A stretch of 64,000 nt of DNA from Spirochaetia bacterium (GTDB taxonomy: Bacteria > Spirochaetota > Spirochaetia > UBA9216), in NCBI GenBank assembly GCA_963675665.1, contig OY776510.1:2368001-2432000 (forward strand), in the 5' to 3' direction. This document shows, piece after piece, positions 18,791 through 28,753 of the stretch. A model generated the notes under the pieces. The model ran no database searches. It was not told the origin of the DNA and saw nothing but the letters and a program-made list of their open reading frames with translations. The position numbers and the translations under genes were made by a program. Each line of letters opens with the position of its first letter. The first letter of the stretch is position 1.

Positions 18791-19924
18791 ATGAGCAGTC
18801 CCGAAACAGCCTTTTTTAAACCCCGCAGGTCCTTTAACCGTATTTGGATAATAATGGCCGGTTTCGGTATTTTTATTCCAATAGGTATTATTATCTATTT
18901 CCTTTCCGGTGATCCTCAGGCTTTTATCATGTCGGCATTCGGAATTGTTCCGGTAATATATCTTCTTTACAGGATTTTGTCGCCCGGTTCGGTTTATTCG
19001 GTAGGCAGGGACGGTGTATTTCTGCGAAACGGCAGCTATAAAAGACTTATTCCGCTGGATGAAATCAGGGGGGGCGCGGTCCTGTCTGAAGACCAGGCAA
19101 GGAGTATCCTGTCAAAATATATGTTCCCGTCTGTTGAGAGCGAAAGAGAACGGGATATAAAACAGTGGTATAAATCAAACAAAGCCTACGGTTATTTTAC
19201 CGGATTCTGTACTGTGCCCATTGTTCAGGAACATGTTTCGGCCGGGAATGAAATCAATATTGTAAAATTCGGAACAAAGGTGACCGGGCAGTTTGTAATT
19301 ATAAAACTCGTTTCAGGAGAAGAATTCCTTATCAGTCCCGAAGACTGCAGCGGGTTTTATGAAGCCCTTTCCGCCGGGACAAACCTTGAAGATACAAGCC
19401 CCACCACCTCCTATAACTATTCAATGGACATAAACCGTAAACAGAAACTCAGGAAATTCTTCAGATGGTACCGGATAATCGGCGCTGTCGTAATACTGGC
19501 GATCGCGGCTGTTCTTCTGATAAACAACCTGGAACAGGTCCCTGCAGAAGACGCTGACGGGTGGATTGATACCGATACCTACCGGTTTTCCGTAACCGCG
19601 GGCCTCAGTTCGGGAAGTGAAAATCCCGATGAACGGGAACAGGAACTTTATCAGGCGGTATCAGAGAATTATGTTTACAGTTTTATCAGCACGATTATTG
19701 CATGGTATTGCCGCGAAGAGGGTTTTGAGCCCGATGAAGCGCAGTACGATGCTCTCCATGGTGCTTTATTAAAGCTGATTAATAAAATCGCCCCGGCGCC
19801 TTTATCCAAATCAATTAATGATGATGTTACTGAAATAGTAGTGGTAATTGAACTGTCGGAAGAAAATTTTCAGGCAACGGTTCGATCCGTTCTTAAGCAG
19901 GCTATAGGGGATCTTCAGCAGTAA
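18791..19924 (+). CDS. Hypothetical membrane protein (bacterial PH-like domain)
   Basis: Two N-terminal TM helices, beta-rich region ending 'EEFLISPED', third TM helix and a soluble tail; SD GAGGAGG. Confidence 0.55.
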   Translation: MSSPETAFFKPRRSFNRIWIIMAGFGIFIPIGIIIYFLSGDPQAFIMSAFGIVPVIYLLYRILSPGSVYSVGRDGVFLRNGSYKRLIPLDEIRGGAVLSEDQARSILSKYMFPSVESERERDIKQWYKSNKAYGYFTGFCTVPIVQEHVSAGNEINIVKFGTKVTGQFVIIKLVSGEEFLISPEDCSGFYEALSAGTNLEDTSPTTSYNYSMDINRKQKLRKFFRWYRIIGAVVILAIAAVLLINNLEQVPAEDADGWIDTDTYRFSVTAGLSSGSENPDEREQELYQAVSENYVYSFISTIIAWYCREEGFEPDEAQYDALHGALLKLINKIAPAPLSKSINDDVTEIVVVIELSEENFQATVRSVLKQAIGDLQQ

Positions 19925-20170
19925 TACCGATGCATAAAAAGAAGAAACTATTGACAAAGCCTGTTAAAAGTTTTATCAGAGAATATAAGTCCGGCAGACA
20001 ACGGACCCTTTATGCTAACAATGTCTGCTTATATCTGTATTAAGGTATAAGCGGTTGAATTGGAAGGCATGCCTCCTCTGTGTATATATCCTGCCTTTTT
20101 TTTCAGCCGTTCCTGATGGAGGGATACATTAATTGAATTCGTTTATGCAATTTGAAAGCGGTGTTTTATT

Positions 20171-21232
20171 ATGAGGATAACCGATAATGCTTCAGGTCAG
20201 CTCCCGCTGGTATCAGAAGAGATTTTTGAGTTAACGAGAACCGCCTCGGATCCTGATGTAGACATAGGTTACCGGCTGGAAGCTTTTGAGGATATTATTG
20301 CCTCGGAAGTAGGCGATACCCTGCTGGCCCGTGCTCGCAATATTGAACGTGAAAACGGACTAAGACAGATTTATCTGAAATTTGAAGGCGGAAACCCTTC
20401 CGGTACACAGAAAGACAGGATAGCATTTGCCCAGGTCCAGGATGCCATGCGCAGGGGATACGGAACCATTTGCGTTGCTACATGCGGAAACTACGGCGTT
20501 GCTGTTGCCTTTGCCGCCCATCTGGCGGGAATAAAATGCTGCATTTTTGTCCCGGTCGGATATCATACAAAGCGTGAAGAGGAGATGAGAAAATGGGGAG
20601 CGGATATTATCCGCGAAGGTGTTGATTATGAAGATTCGGTTGTTATTTCCAGTCGAAAAGCAGCGGAACAGGATTATTACGATGCAAACCCCGGCGCGCA
20701 GAACACAGCGCTCCAGCTGAAAGCTTACGGTGAAATAGCCTATGAAATTTATGATGAATTGAGAGATGCGCCTGCAGCAATTGCCGTACCGGTTTCCAAC
20801 GGCACAACGCTTTTTGGTATTTACAGGGGGTTTCAACAGCTCTACAGAAGGGGCAAGACCTCACGAATACCGAAAATAATTGCCGGTTCCAGTTCAAAAA
20901 TGAACCCTATTATTTCCTCATATAAAAAAGGGTTGTCATACTGTGAAGATCTTGATCCGAAAAAGATTCGCGAATCCGTCATTAATGAACCGTTGATTAA
21001 CTGGCATTCGATTGACGGAAATGCTGCAATAGAAGCGATAAATGATTCAGACGGCTGGGCCTGGGAGGCCGGCGACCGGAAGATGCTTCATTATGCAAAT
21101 TATATCAAGAAAAACGAAGGACTTTCAGTATTACCGGCTTCGACAGCCGGATTGCTGGCATTGCTTGAAATGAATAACAGAAATGCGCTGCCGGGCGACC
21201 GATATGTTGTCCTGCTGACGGGAAGGGGGTAG
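20171..21232 (+). CDS. PLP-dependent fold-type II enzyme, threonine-synthase-like
   Basis: 'LKFEGGNPSGTQKDR' (PLP lysine), 'ATCGNYG', 'VPVSNGT', C-terminal 'VVLLTG'. Confidence 0.88.
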   Translation: MRITDNASGQLPLVSEEIFELTRTASDPDVDIGYRLEAFEDIIASEVGDTLLARARNIERENGLRQIYLKFEGGNPSGTQKDRIAFAQVQDAMRRGYGTICVATCGNYGVAVAFAAHLAGIKCCIFVPVGYHTKREEEMRKWGADIIREGVDYEDSVVISSRKAAEQDYYDANPGAQNTALQLKAYGEIAYEIYDELRDAPAAIAVPVSNGTTLFGIYRGFQQLYRRGKTSRIPKIIAGSSSKMNPIISSYKKGLSYCEDLDPKKIRESVINEPLINWHSIDGNAAIEAINDSDGWAWEAGDRKMLHYANYIKKNEGLSVLPASTAGLLALLEMNNRNALPGDRYVVLLTGRG

Positions 21233-21235
21233 TTA

Positions 21236-22288
21236 ATGGACGGTACAGCTGTAGTATACTGTGAGGGTGCATTCGACAGCACATATGGAAAGACCGCGCA
21301 CGGCCTTGTACGCTTTACTGAAAGATACAAAATCGCCGGGGTTATAGACAGTTCGCTGGCCGGGCAGGATGCCGGCATGGTTCTTGATAAAAAGACTTCG
21401 GGCATTCCTGTTGTCAGAAACCTGACAGAGGCTTTTGAAAAGGCTGAAGCCGCAGGATTAAAACTTACTCATTTTGTTGTCGGTATTGCAACCGACGGCG
21501 GATACCTTGAGCAGCCGGTCATTGATGCTGCGTTCGAAGCGGTCGATGCCGGCCTGAACCTCGATTCGGGCCTGCATGAGTTCCTGTCGGATATTAGAGA
21601 TCTCAGAATAAAAGCAGAATCTGCCGGTCTTGTTATCAGGGACATCCGTCGCCAGGATCTTCGGAGGCCGCATTCTTTTACCGGTAAAATTGAAAAAACA
21701 GGCTCGAAACGAATTGCAGTACTCGGAACAGATTCTGCAATTGGCAAGCGCACGACGGCCTGGATTCTGGTTCATGCACTGCGTGCCGCCGGGCGAACTG
21801 CGGAGATGATCGGTACCGGCCAGACCGCCTGGATGCAGGGGGCTGCATACGGAATAATTCTTGATTCACTTCTGAACGATTACATCAGCGGAGAACTGGA
21901 GCATGCAGTCTGGTCTGCCTGGAATGACAAAGGCATGGATTTCGCAGTAATAGAGGGGCAGGGAAGCCTTATGAACCCGGCATATCCCGGCGGGTTTGAA
22001 ATTATTGCCGCCGGCCGGCCGCATGGAATTATCATGCAGCATGCTCCGGCGCGTCTGGAATATGACGGGTTTCCCGGATATCCGCTTGATTCGCTTGAAG
22101 ACCAGATCCATATTGCCGAGTTTTTGTCAAAAAAGCCGGTTGTTGCCGTAACCGTAAATCATGAAAATATTCAACCCGAAAAACTGGATGAGGTCTGTGC
22201 TGAAATCAGCAGGCTTACCGGTCTTCCGGCTGTTGATCCGCTGATTCACGGAATGGATTCACTGGTTCCTGTAATCGAAGCCCTGTAA
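21236..22288 (+). CDS. DUF1611 protein (DgcN-like P-loop N-acetyltransferase family)
   Basis: 'GKTAHGL', 'SGLHEFL', 'LGTDSAIGKRTT', 'GTGQT', 'IEGQGSL'. Confidence 0.9.
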   Translation: MDGTAVVYCEGAFDSTYGKTAHGLVRFTERYKIAGVIDSSLAGQDAGMVLDKKTSGIPVVRNLTEAFEKAEAAGLKLTHFVVGIATDGGYLEQPVIDAAFEAVDAGLNLDSGLHEFLSDIRDLRIKAESAGLVIRDIRRQDLRRPHSFTGKIEKTGSKRIAVLGTDSAIGKRTTAWILVHALRAAGRTAEMIGTGQTAWMQGAAYGIILDSLLNDYISGELEHAVWSAWNDKGMDFAVIEGQGSLMNPAYPGGFEIIAAGRPHGIIMQHAPARLEYDGFPGYPLDSLEDQIHIAEFLSKKPVVAVTVNHENIQPEKLDEVCAEISRLTGLPAVDPLIHGMDSLVPVIEAL

Positions 22289-22290
22289 AA

Positions 22291-23349
22291 ATGGTAATAG
22301 ACTCTGTCGAGGCTGTAAAACTTGATCTGCCGATGAAATACCCGTATTCGGTGGCGTATGAGTCTTTTGACAGGGCCGAGAATGTTCTGATAAGGCTGAG
22401 TGCTGGAGGGTTGACCGGCTGGGGATGCGCCGCGCCGGATCCTCATGTGACCGGCGAATACCCTGAGACAATTCACAAGCTGGCGTTAGATCTTCTGCCG
22501 GCTCTTATCGGTAAGGATCCGTTCCGGAAAGCAAGTATAATGAATCAGCTTAAGAAAGATGCGGCAAAGGCATTCAGCCTCTGGGCTGCGGTCGACATGG
22601 CGCTGTGGGATCTGCTTGGTAAAAAAGCTGATTTGCCGGTCTGGAAGATTCTCGGAGGGTACAGGGAAAGAATCAGAACAAGCGTTACGATAGGGATATG
22701 CGGTATTGACGAGACAATGAGATCCTCGCGAGAGCTGGTTGATGAGGGGTTTTCCGTGATAAAACTCAAGGGAGGTCATGATGTTTTTGAGGATCTTGAG
22801 CGTCTGAGGGCCATGCGTACGGAGTTCGGAGATTCGCTGCATGTAAGGTTTGATGCAAACCAGGGGTATTCTCTTGATGAAGCGCTTTATTTTCTTGCAA
22901 AATCGGAGGATCTGGCCATTGAACTGTTCGAGCAGCCAACAGCAAAAGCCGAACCTGAGCTACTCGGAGTAGTCACGAAAAAATCGGAAACCCCGATAAT
23001 GGCTGACGAGAGCCTGGTTTCGCTGCTTGATGCTTTTCACCTGGTGAAAAAAGGCTTAATTGATTTAATGAATATAAAGATCATGAAGGTTGGAGGAATC
23101 ACCGAAGCAATACAGGTTGATGCCGTCGCCAGGTCGGCAGCAGTGGAGGTGATGGTCGGGTGTATGGACGAATCGGCTCTCGGTATTGCCGCAGGACTGC
23201 ATTTTGCGCTCAGCAGAAAAAATATCCGTTATGCCGATCTTGACGGTCACTTCGGGTTGAAAAACGATCCTGCTGCAGGGGCCGTAATCCTGAAAAAAGG
23301 TTATCTCTACCCGGCAAAAGGCCCCGGGCTCGGCTGGGGCGGGCTGTAG
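22291..23349 (+). CDS. Enolase-superfamily dipeptide epimerase (L-Ala-D/L-Glu epimerase/DgcA-like)
   Basis: KxK 'IKLKG', 'DANQG', 'FEQP', 'ADES', 'NIKIMKVGG', 'VGCMDE', 'DLDG'. Confidence 0.92.
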   Translation: MVIDSVEAVKLDLPMKYPYSVAYESFDRAENVLIRLSAGGLTGWGCAAPDPHVTGEYPETIHKLALDLLPALIGKDPFRKASIMNQLKKDAAKAFSLWAAVDMALWDLLGKKADLPVWKILGGYRERIRTSVTIGICGIDETMRSSRELVDEGFSVIKLKGGHDVFEDLERLRAMRTEFGDSLHVRFDANQGYSLDEALYFLAKSEDLAIELFEQPTAKAEPELLGVVTKKSETPIMADESLVSLLDAFHLVKKGLIDLMNIKIMKVGGITEAIQVDAVARSAAVEVMVGCMDESALGIAAGLHFALSRKNIRYADLDGHFGLKNDPAAGAVILKKGYLYPAKGPGLGWGGL

Positions 23350-23365
23350 GCTGTTAAGCCCGTAA

Positions 23366-24298
23366 TTAGAGATATCTTTTTATCAGCGGCAGCAGTTGAT
23401 TAATATCTTCTTCGGCCTGGTTGTATTCATTAATAATTATCTTCTGCCAGTTATCAATTTTTCGAAGCTCGCGTGGCGTCATTGAGAATATTTTTTTGAA
23501 ATACCTGTTAAAGTACCGGATATCGGAAAAACCTGTTTCCAGGGCAATATCTATCAGTTTATTTGATGAATTCATCATAAGTTTAATTGCATGTTGTGTT
23601 CTTATCAGTCCCAGGTTTTCCTGAAAAGAGTATCCGGTATATTTTTTTATAAGATGTGAAACATAAAATGTACTCAATTCAAGAGTCTCAGCCAGATCCT
23701 GCAGAGAGATATTTTCCTGATGATTCGTATTAATGAAATCAAGCATCTTTTTCAGTCTGTTGTTCCTGTTATCGGTTTCAGTGAATGCTTCATGTTCTTC
23801 AGGTCCTTCTGAGTAATTTCTGGATATCAGCCCGATAATTGTATAAACCTCGCCGATACAGATGAAATCGAACCCCTTTTTCTTTTCCAGAACCTCAATC
23901 ATTATCGTTGCCAATGAGCTGCAGATTTTTCTGTATTCCGTACTGGACTTATTAAAATAAGTTGGAAGTTTGAAGCGGACGGTCCGCAGATTGCGATGAT
24001 ATTCGCTTGATATATCGGGATCAATCTGAAGTGCTAAAAGCAAGTTTCCTTTTTCTCCCTGAATCAAGCCGTGAAAGTCGTTTGGATTCGTCAGGAAGAT
24101 ATCTCCTTCCGAAAGACGTTTATTTCCTTCATGAGTCATAAAATTCACTTCACCTTTAAGAACAAGGATCAGCTCTATGTCCTTGTGCCAGTGAAATCCG
24201 CGAAATCCTATTGATATGAAAAATATCTTAAACGGTAAAGATGATTCGTGGTGCACATATTCATAGGTTATCTGAGAGAAGTCGAATTCCCTTTTCAT
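23366..24298 (-). CDS. AraC family regulator (cupin + HTH)
   Basis: 'FHWHKDIELILVLKG', 'IALETGFSDIRYFNRYFKK...TPRE'; start moved to MKREF (24298) to avoid overlapping the divergent gene. Confidence 0.92.
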   Translation of the reverse strand: MKREFDFSQITYEYVHHESSLPFKIFFISIGFRGFHWHKDIELILVLKGEVNFMTHEGNKRLSEGDIFLTNPNDFHGLIQGEKGNLLLALQIDPDISSEYHRNLRTVRFKLPTYFNKSSTEYRKICSSLATIMIEVLEKKKGFDFICIGEVYTIIGLISRNYSEGPEEHEAFTETDNRNNRLKKMLDFINTNHQENISLQDLAETLELSTFYVSHLIKKYTGYSFQENLGLIRTQHAIKLMMNSSNKLIDIALETGFSDIRYFNRYFKKIFSMTPRELRKIDNWQKIIINEYNQAEEDINQLLPLIKRYL

Positions 24299-24412
24299 AC
24301 TTGTATTTTTACAGAATATAGCAAGATTGTCTACTAAATTGAGCAAGAGCAGTATGGAACGAATCGAAAAATCTGCATTATAGTATAAAAAACAAATAAT
24401 CAGGAGAAAATA

Positions 24413-25444
24413 ATGGCTGAATTCAAGTTTTCTGTCGGACCCTGGAATGTTCATGAAGGAGCGGATGCTTTTGGTCCGGAAGTTAGAGAGAGCATTGATT
24501 TTGAAAAAAAAGTTCTGAAATTCAAGGAAATAGGTTTATCGGCAGTTCAGTTTCATGATGACGACGCTGTTCCGGAGATGAACAGCATGACTGAAGAGCA
24601 GATCAAAAAGGCCGCAGGGGACGTTAAGGCCCTGCTGGACAGTCAGGGCCTTGCCGCTGAATTTGTTGCTCCCCGGTTGTGGATGGATCCGCATACGACG
24701 GACGGCGGTTTTACATCCAACAGCAAGGAAGACAGGGATTTTGCGATGTGGAGGGCGTTTCGGTCGATTGATATAGCAAGAGCACTCGGAACTGACAAGA
24801 TTGTCTTGTGGCTGGCACGCGAAGGCACTCTGTGCGCTGAGAGCAAAGAAACCGTTGAAGGGGTAAACAGGCTTATCGCCTCAATAAACGCGATGCTTGA
24901 TTATGATTCCTCCATAAAAGTCATAGTTGAACCAAAACCCAATGAGCCTATTGACCGGAGCTTCTGCCCGACAATGGGACATGTTATGGCTGTCTCGGCG
25001 GCAAGCAAGGACCCTTCCAGGGTCGGCGGACTTCTTGAATCGGCCCACGCGATTTTGGCCGGGCTTGATCCTGCAAACGAGATTGCTTTTGCGCTTGCAA
25101 TGGGCAAGCTGTTCGGTGTTCATCTGAACGACCAGAACGGAATGAAATATGATCAGGATAAGTCTTTCGGAGTTGAAAATCTTCGCCAGGCGTTTAACCA
25201 GGTTAAGGTCCTTAAAGAAAATAATTACGGCTCAAAAGGTGAGTATGTAGGCCTTGATGTGAAAGTTATGAGAACTCAAAAGATTGACGACTGTTACCGC
25301 CACATTGAAAACAGCATAAAGATTTTCAGAATGCTCGAAGCCAAGGTTGCAAAGTTTGATTATGATCTTCAGAAAAAACTTGTTGCAGAACGAAATTATG
25401 AAGCCCTAGAAATGTATGTAATGGAACTTTTACTGAAGGGCTGA
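24413..25444 (+). CDS. Xylose-isomerase-family sugar isomerase (short, atypical metal site)
   Basis: 'FHDDD', 'WLAREG', 'EPKPNEP', 'LESAH', 'HLNDQNG.KYDQD', 'LDVK'. Confidence 0.85.
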   Translation: MAEFKFSVGPWNVHEGADAFGPEVRESIDFEKKVLKFKEIGLSAVQFHDDDAVPEMNSMTEEQIKKAAGDVKALLDSQGLAAEFVAPRLWMDPHTTDGGFTSNSKEDRDFAMWRAFRSIDIARALGTDKIVLWLAREGTLCAESKETVEGVNRLIASINAMLDYDSSIKVIVEPKPNEPIDRSFCPTMGHVMAVSAASKDPSRVGGLLESAHAILAGLDPANEIAFALAMGKLFGVHLNDQNGMKYDQDKSFGVENLRQAFNQVKVLKENNYGSKGEYVGLDVKVMRTQKIDDCYRHIENSIKIFRMLEAKVAKFDYDLQKKLVAERNYEALEMYVMELLLKG

Positions 25445-25520
25445 ATAGTATAAACTCGGTTTATTCCGCCCAAAGGACATGCTCCTGCGGACGGAATGAA
25501 AAATCGGATGAAGCAGGGCT

Positions 25521-26393
25521 GTGATGAAAAACCACATTGAAGACTATAGGCATTTCGGGAAATGTATTTGCCTCACCAACGAGTTTATTGAGTTGAAAAT
25601 TCCGTTGTCGTTCGGAATAAGGATAATATATTGTTCTTTGAAAGGGGAAAGAAATATCTTTTATGAGCAGCCGGTTGATGCGGATTATCTTAAGAATGAA
25701 AACGGGTGGAGAATCTACGGCGGCCATCGTCTTTGGCTGGCTCCTGAATCAGACAAAACCTATTATCCTGATAATGAAGAGATTTCGTATCATACAGGGA
25801 GTAATTCAGTCAGGTTTGAGCAACCTGCCGACAGCTATCTTGATGTGATAAAATCTCTGGAAATCAGGTTCCCGGATACTGATCCTTCGTTAATAGAACT
25901 GGAACATACGGTAAGAAACATCGGAGATAAAGATCTGTATACCGGATTATGGACTATCAGCGCTATGGCTCCAGGCTCCGTTGCCGAAATCCCGTTTTCC
26001 GGATTCGAGAGCGGTTATTCTCCCGGAAGATATATTTCATTGTGGGGCGAAACGGATTTAAGCGACCCCCGTTTTGATATTAATCCGGAGTATATAAAAT
26101 TTAAACATCTTCCTCTTGATAATTATTCCAAGATTGGTTTATGGAACCGGGACGGAACGGCTTCATGCATCACAAACGGGCAAAAACTGGATAAACGTAT
26201 TCAGGTTTTTAACGACAGGAAATATCCGGACAATAACGTCAATTTCGAGTTCTATCAGTGTCGGCATATGCTGGAGTTTGAAATTTTAAGTCCGCTGATG
26301 AATATAAAACCCGGGGAAGTCGCAACGTTTAAAGAACAATGGCAAGTCAGTCTTGCTCGTGAAAATATCCATACAGACGGAGTAAAGAAATGA
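25521..26393 (+). CDS. Galactose-mutarotase-like hypothetical protein (DUF4380-like)
   Basis: 'FGIRII', 'WRIYGGHRLWLAPE', 'EFEILSP'; beta-sandwich character; inside a sugar operon. Confidence 0.55.
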   Translation: MMKNHIEDYRHFGKCICLTNEFIELKIPLSFGIRIIYCSLKGERNIFYEQPVDADYLKNENGWRIYGGHRLWLAPESDKTYYPDNEEISYHTGSNSVRFEQPADSYLDVIKSLEIRFPDTDPSLIELEHTVRNIGDKDLYTGLWTISAMAPGSVAEIPFSGFESGYSPGRYISLWGETDLSDPRFDINPEYIKFKHLPLDNYSKIGLWNRDGTASCITNGQKLDKRIQVFNDRKYPDNNVNFEFYQCRHMLEFEILSPLMNIKPGEVATFKEQWQVSLARENIHTDGVKK

Positions 26394-27580
26394 AAATACA
26401 CGGAACGGGATGTTCTCTTGTAGATAATCTGTATACGCCAATTGATTTTTATTCCGATCATTACATGAAATGGCTGGCCCGTAAAGAGTTTGATGCCGGT
26501 ATTATTACCGGCGGGCTTGTGTTCGGAGATAATCTGGAAAAAGAGGCTGGTGTAAAGTACGCGGATATTATTGCAGAAATTACCGGCGACATGCAACCGC
26601 AACGCAATGTAGGCGGTCCGTCCGTTGTTGCATTGCTCCACATGTCGCAGATAACTGATATGAAGGAAGTTGAAATCTCCTATTACGGCGCCCGATCGGA
26701 TGATGAAACGGGCAAATATCTGAAAGAAAAACTGTCCCGGTTCAACATAAACATAGATAATTATATTGTTACTGATGGGAATACGCCGTTTACGGATGTC
26801 CTTTCCGATCCTTCATATAACAATAATAACGGTGAGCGTACTTTTATAAACTACATTGGTGCCGCAGGAAGAATTGCCGGCAGGGATTTGCCGGCCTCCT
26901 TTTTTGAAGCCGATATTCTGGTCTTCGGCGGTACAGCTTTGACGCCCGGGATCCATGATGATCTGAGTCAGGTTCTGAAACGCGGCCGGGATAGCGGTTG
27001 TATCAACTTTGTCAATACGGTCTATGACTTCAGAAACCAGAGAAGAAATCCCGAAAAACCCTGGCCCCTGGTGAGCAGGGAAGAAGATTTTAGACTGATC
27101 GATCTGCTGATTGCGGATAATGAGGAAGCAGTCAGAATAAGCGGAAAGCCCGATAAAAGAGAAGCCGCGCGTTTTTTTCTTTCAAAAGGGGTCCGGTCAG
27201 GAATAATAACACACGGTTCTGAAGATATTACCTGTTTCTCAAACGGGAATTTCTTCAGTGAAGAAGGCATCTTTACTATGCCGGTTTCCAGGGAAGCCGG
27301 GGCTCGAATGAAGGCGATGCCTTCCGGCAAGGCGGATACCACCGGCTGCGGGGATAATTTTGCAGGCGGCGTGTATGCGTCAGTTGTCAGGCAGCTCTCT
27401 GAATCTCCCGGGAACGTTCCTTCCCTCAGAAAAGCGGCTCTAATGGGTATTGTTTCAGGCGGCTTTGCCGGGTTGTATCTCGGAGGCGTATATTATGAGC
27501 AATACCGGAATGAAAAAGCTGAAAAACTTAAACCCCTCATTGAATCATATGGCCGGCAGACCGGAGTAAAGTATGAGTGA
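26390..27580 (+). CDS. PfkB family carbohydrate kinase
   Basis: 'NVGGP', 'ERTF', 'NEEA', 'DTTGCGDNFAGG'. Confidence 0.9.
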   Translation: MKIHGTGCSLVDNLYTPIDFYSDHYMKWLARKEFDAGIITGGLVFGDNLEKEAGVKYADIIAEITGDMQPQRNVGGPSVVALLHMSQITDMKEVEISYYGARSDDETGKYLKEKLSRFNINIDNYIVTDGNTPFTDVLSDPSYNNNNGERTFINYIGAAGRIAGRDLPASFFEADILVFGGTALTPGIHDDLSQVLKRGRDSGCINFVNTVYDFRNQRRNPEKPWPLVSREEDFRLIDLLIADNEEAVRISGKPDKREAARFFLSKGVRSGIITHGSEDITCFSNGNFFSEEGIFTMPVSREAGARMKAMPSGKADTTGCGDNFAGGVYASVVRQLSESPGNVPSLRKAALMGIVSGGFAGLYLGGVYYEQYRNEKAEKLKPLIESYGRQTGVKYE

Positions 27581-28742
27581 GGCTGTTATCTTCGGTGCCG
27601 GAAATATCGGCCGTTCGTTTATAGGTAATATTTTTACCCGGGGAGGCTGGAAGGTCACTTTTATTGATGCTGATAAAAAGCTCGTGGATCTTCTGAACAA
27701 CAGAGGTTGTTATACAATAAAAGTGAAACAGAGCGGCAGAAAAGATGAAATTATTGAAGTGGCTGGAATCTCGGCTGTTCATAGCGACGACATGGAGGCG
27801 GTAATGAAGTTGCTGATCTCATGCCGAATCTGTTCAACATCTGTAGGCAAGGGCGCGCTTAAATATGTAATCCCGGTCCTGGCTGACGCAGTCAAACGGC
27901 GTCTTGAAGCCGGAGCGTTGCCGCTTGATATAATAATTGCGGAGAATATACGTGAAGGTTCGGAGTATTTCCGTAATATTTTCAAGAGTCAGGGATTGAG
28001 TGTTTTTGAGGCAGGTTTGGTAGAAACAAGTATAGGAAAGATGGTTCCCATTATGAAAACCGAAGACCTTGCTGTAGATCCGCTGGTTCTTCATGCCGAG
28101 AAATATAACACTCTGATTGTTGACAGAAACGGGTTTCTGAATGGCGTTCCGGCTTTGCCGGATATAAAAGCCGTGGACAATATCGGAGCCTGGGTGGACC
28201 GAAAGCTGTTTATTCACAATCTCGGTCATGCAGCCGCGGCATATTTCGGTTACGAAACCTGTCCCTCCAGGACCCTGATTGCAGATGTTTTGCGTGAAAA
28301 GTCTGTTTACTCAAAGGTTCGCCGGGTTATGGAAGAGGCTGCTGTTGCCCTGTTTGTTGAGTACCCGGATGATTTCACACAGGACGGGTTGAATGCTCAT
28401 ATTGAAGATTTACTGCATCGTTTTGAAAACAGGGCGCTCGGAGATACTGTGTACAGGGTAGGCCGTGATCTCGGCCGAAAGTTAAATAGAACGGACCGGG
28501 TTCTGGGGGCAGCAGCTCTCTGTATAAAGCACGGGCTACAATGCAGTAATATTCTTGATGTGTTTCACGCTGCCCTGTCTTTTGGGGCCGTAGGCCCTGA
28601 CGGTTTGATGTTCGAAGCAGACCGGGTTTTTACGTCAGCCTTGAAGAAGCATGGAGTAGAATGGGTGATTAAAAATAAATTGGGGATTGGCTCTGAAGAC
28701 GGACAGTTATTAAAACTGTTGCTTGATGTGTGCGGTGTGTGA
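27573..28742 (+). CDS. Mannitol-1-phosphate-5-dehydrogenase-like polyol-phosphate dehydrogenase
   Basis: 'FGAGNIGRSFIG', 'IAEN', 'RKLFIHNLGHA', 'RFENRALGDTVYRVGRD..RKL...DR'. Confidence 0.88.
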   Translation: MSEAVIFGAGNIGRSFIGNIFTRGGWKVTFIDADKKLVDLLNNRGCYTIKVKQSGRKDEIIEVAGISAVHSDDMEAVMKLLISCRICSTSVGKGALKYVIPVLADAVKRRLEAGALPLDIIIAENIREGSEYFRNIFKSQGLSVFEAGLVETSIGKMVPIMKTEDLAVDPLVLHAEKYNTLIVDRNGFLNGVPALPDIKAVDNIGAWVDRKLFIHNLGHAAAAYFGYETCPSRTLIADVLREKSVYSKVRRVMEEAAVALFVEYPDDFTQDGLNAHIEDLLHRFENRALGDTVYRVGRDLGRKLNRTDRVLGAAALCIKHGLQCSNILDVFHAALSFGAVGPDGLMFEADRVFTSALKKHGVEWVIKNKLGIGSEDGQLLKLLLDVCGV

Positions 28743-28753
28743 GTACAGGGTTA

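Noticed and set aside
24299-24454. Long N-terminal extension of the AraC ORF
   Set aside because: Would overlap the divergent isomerase gene and its promoter; MKREF at 24298 is the more plausible start.
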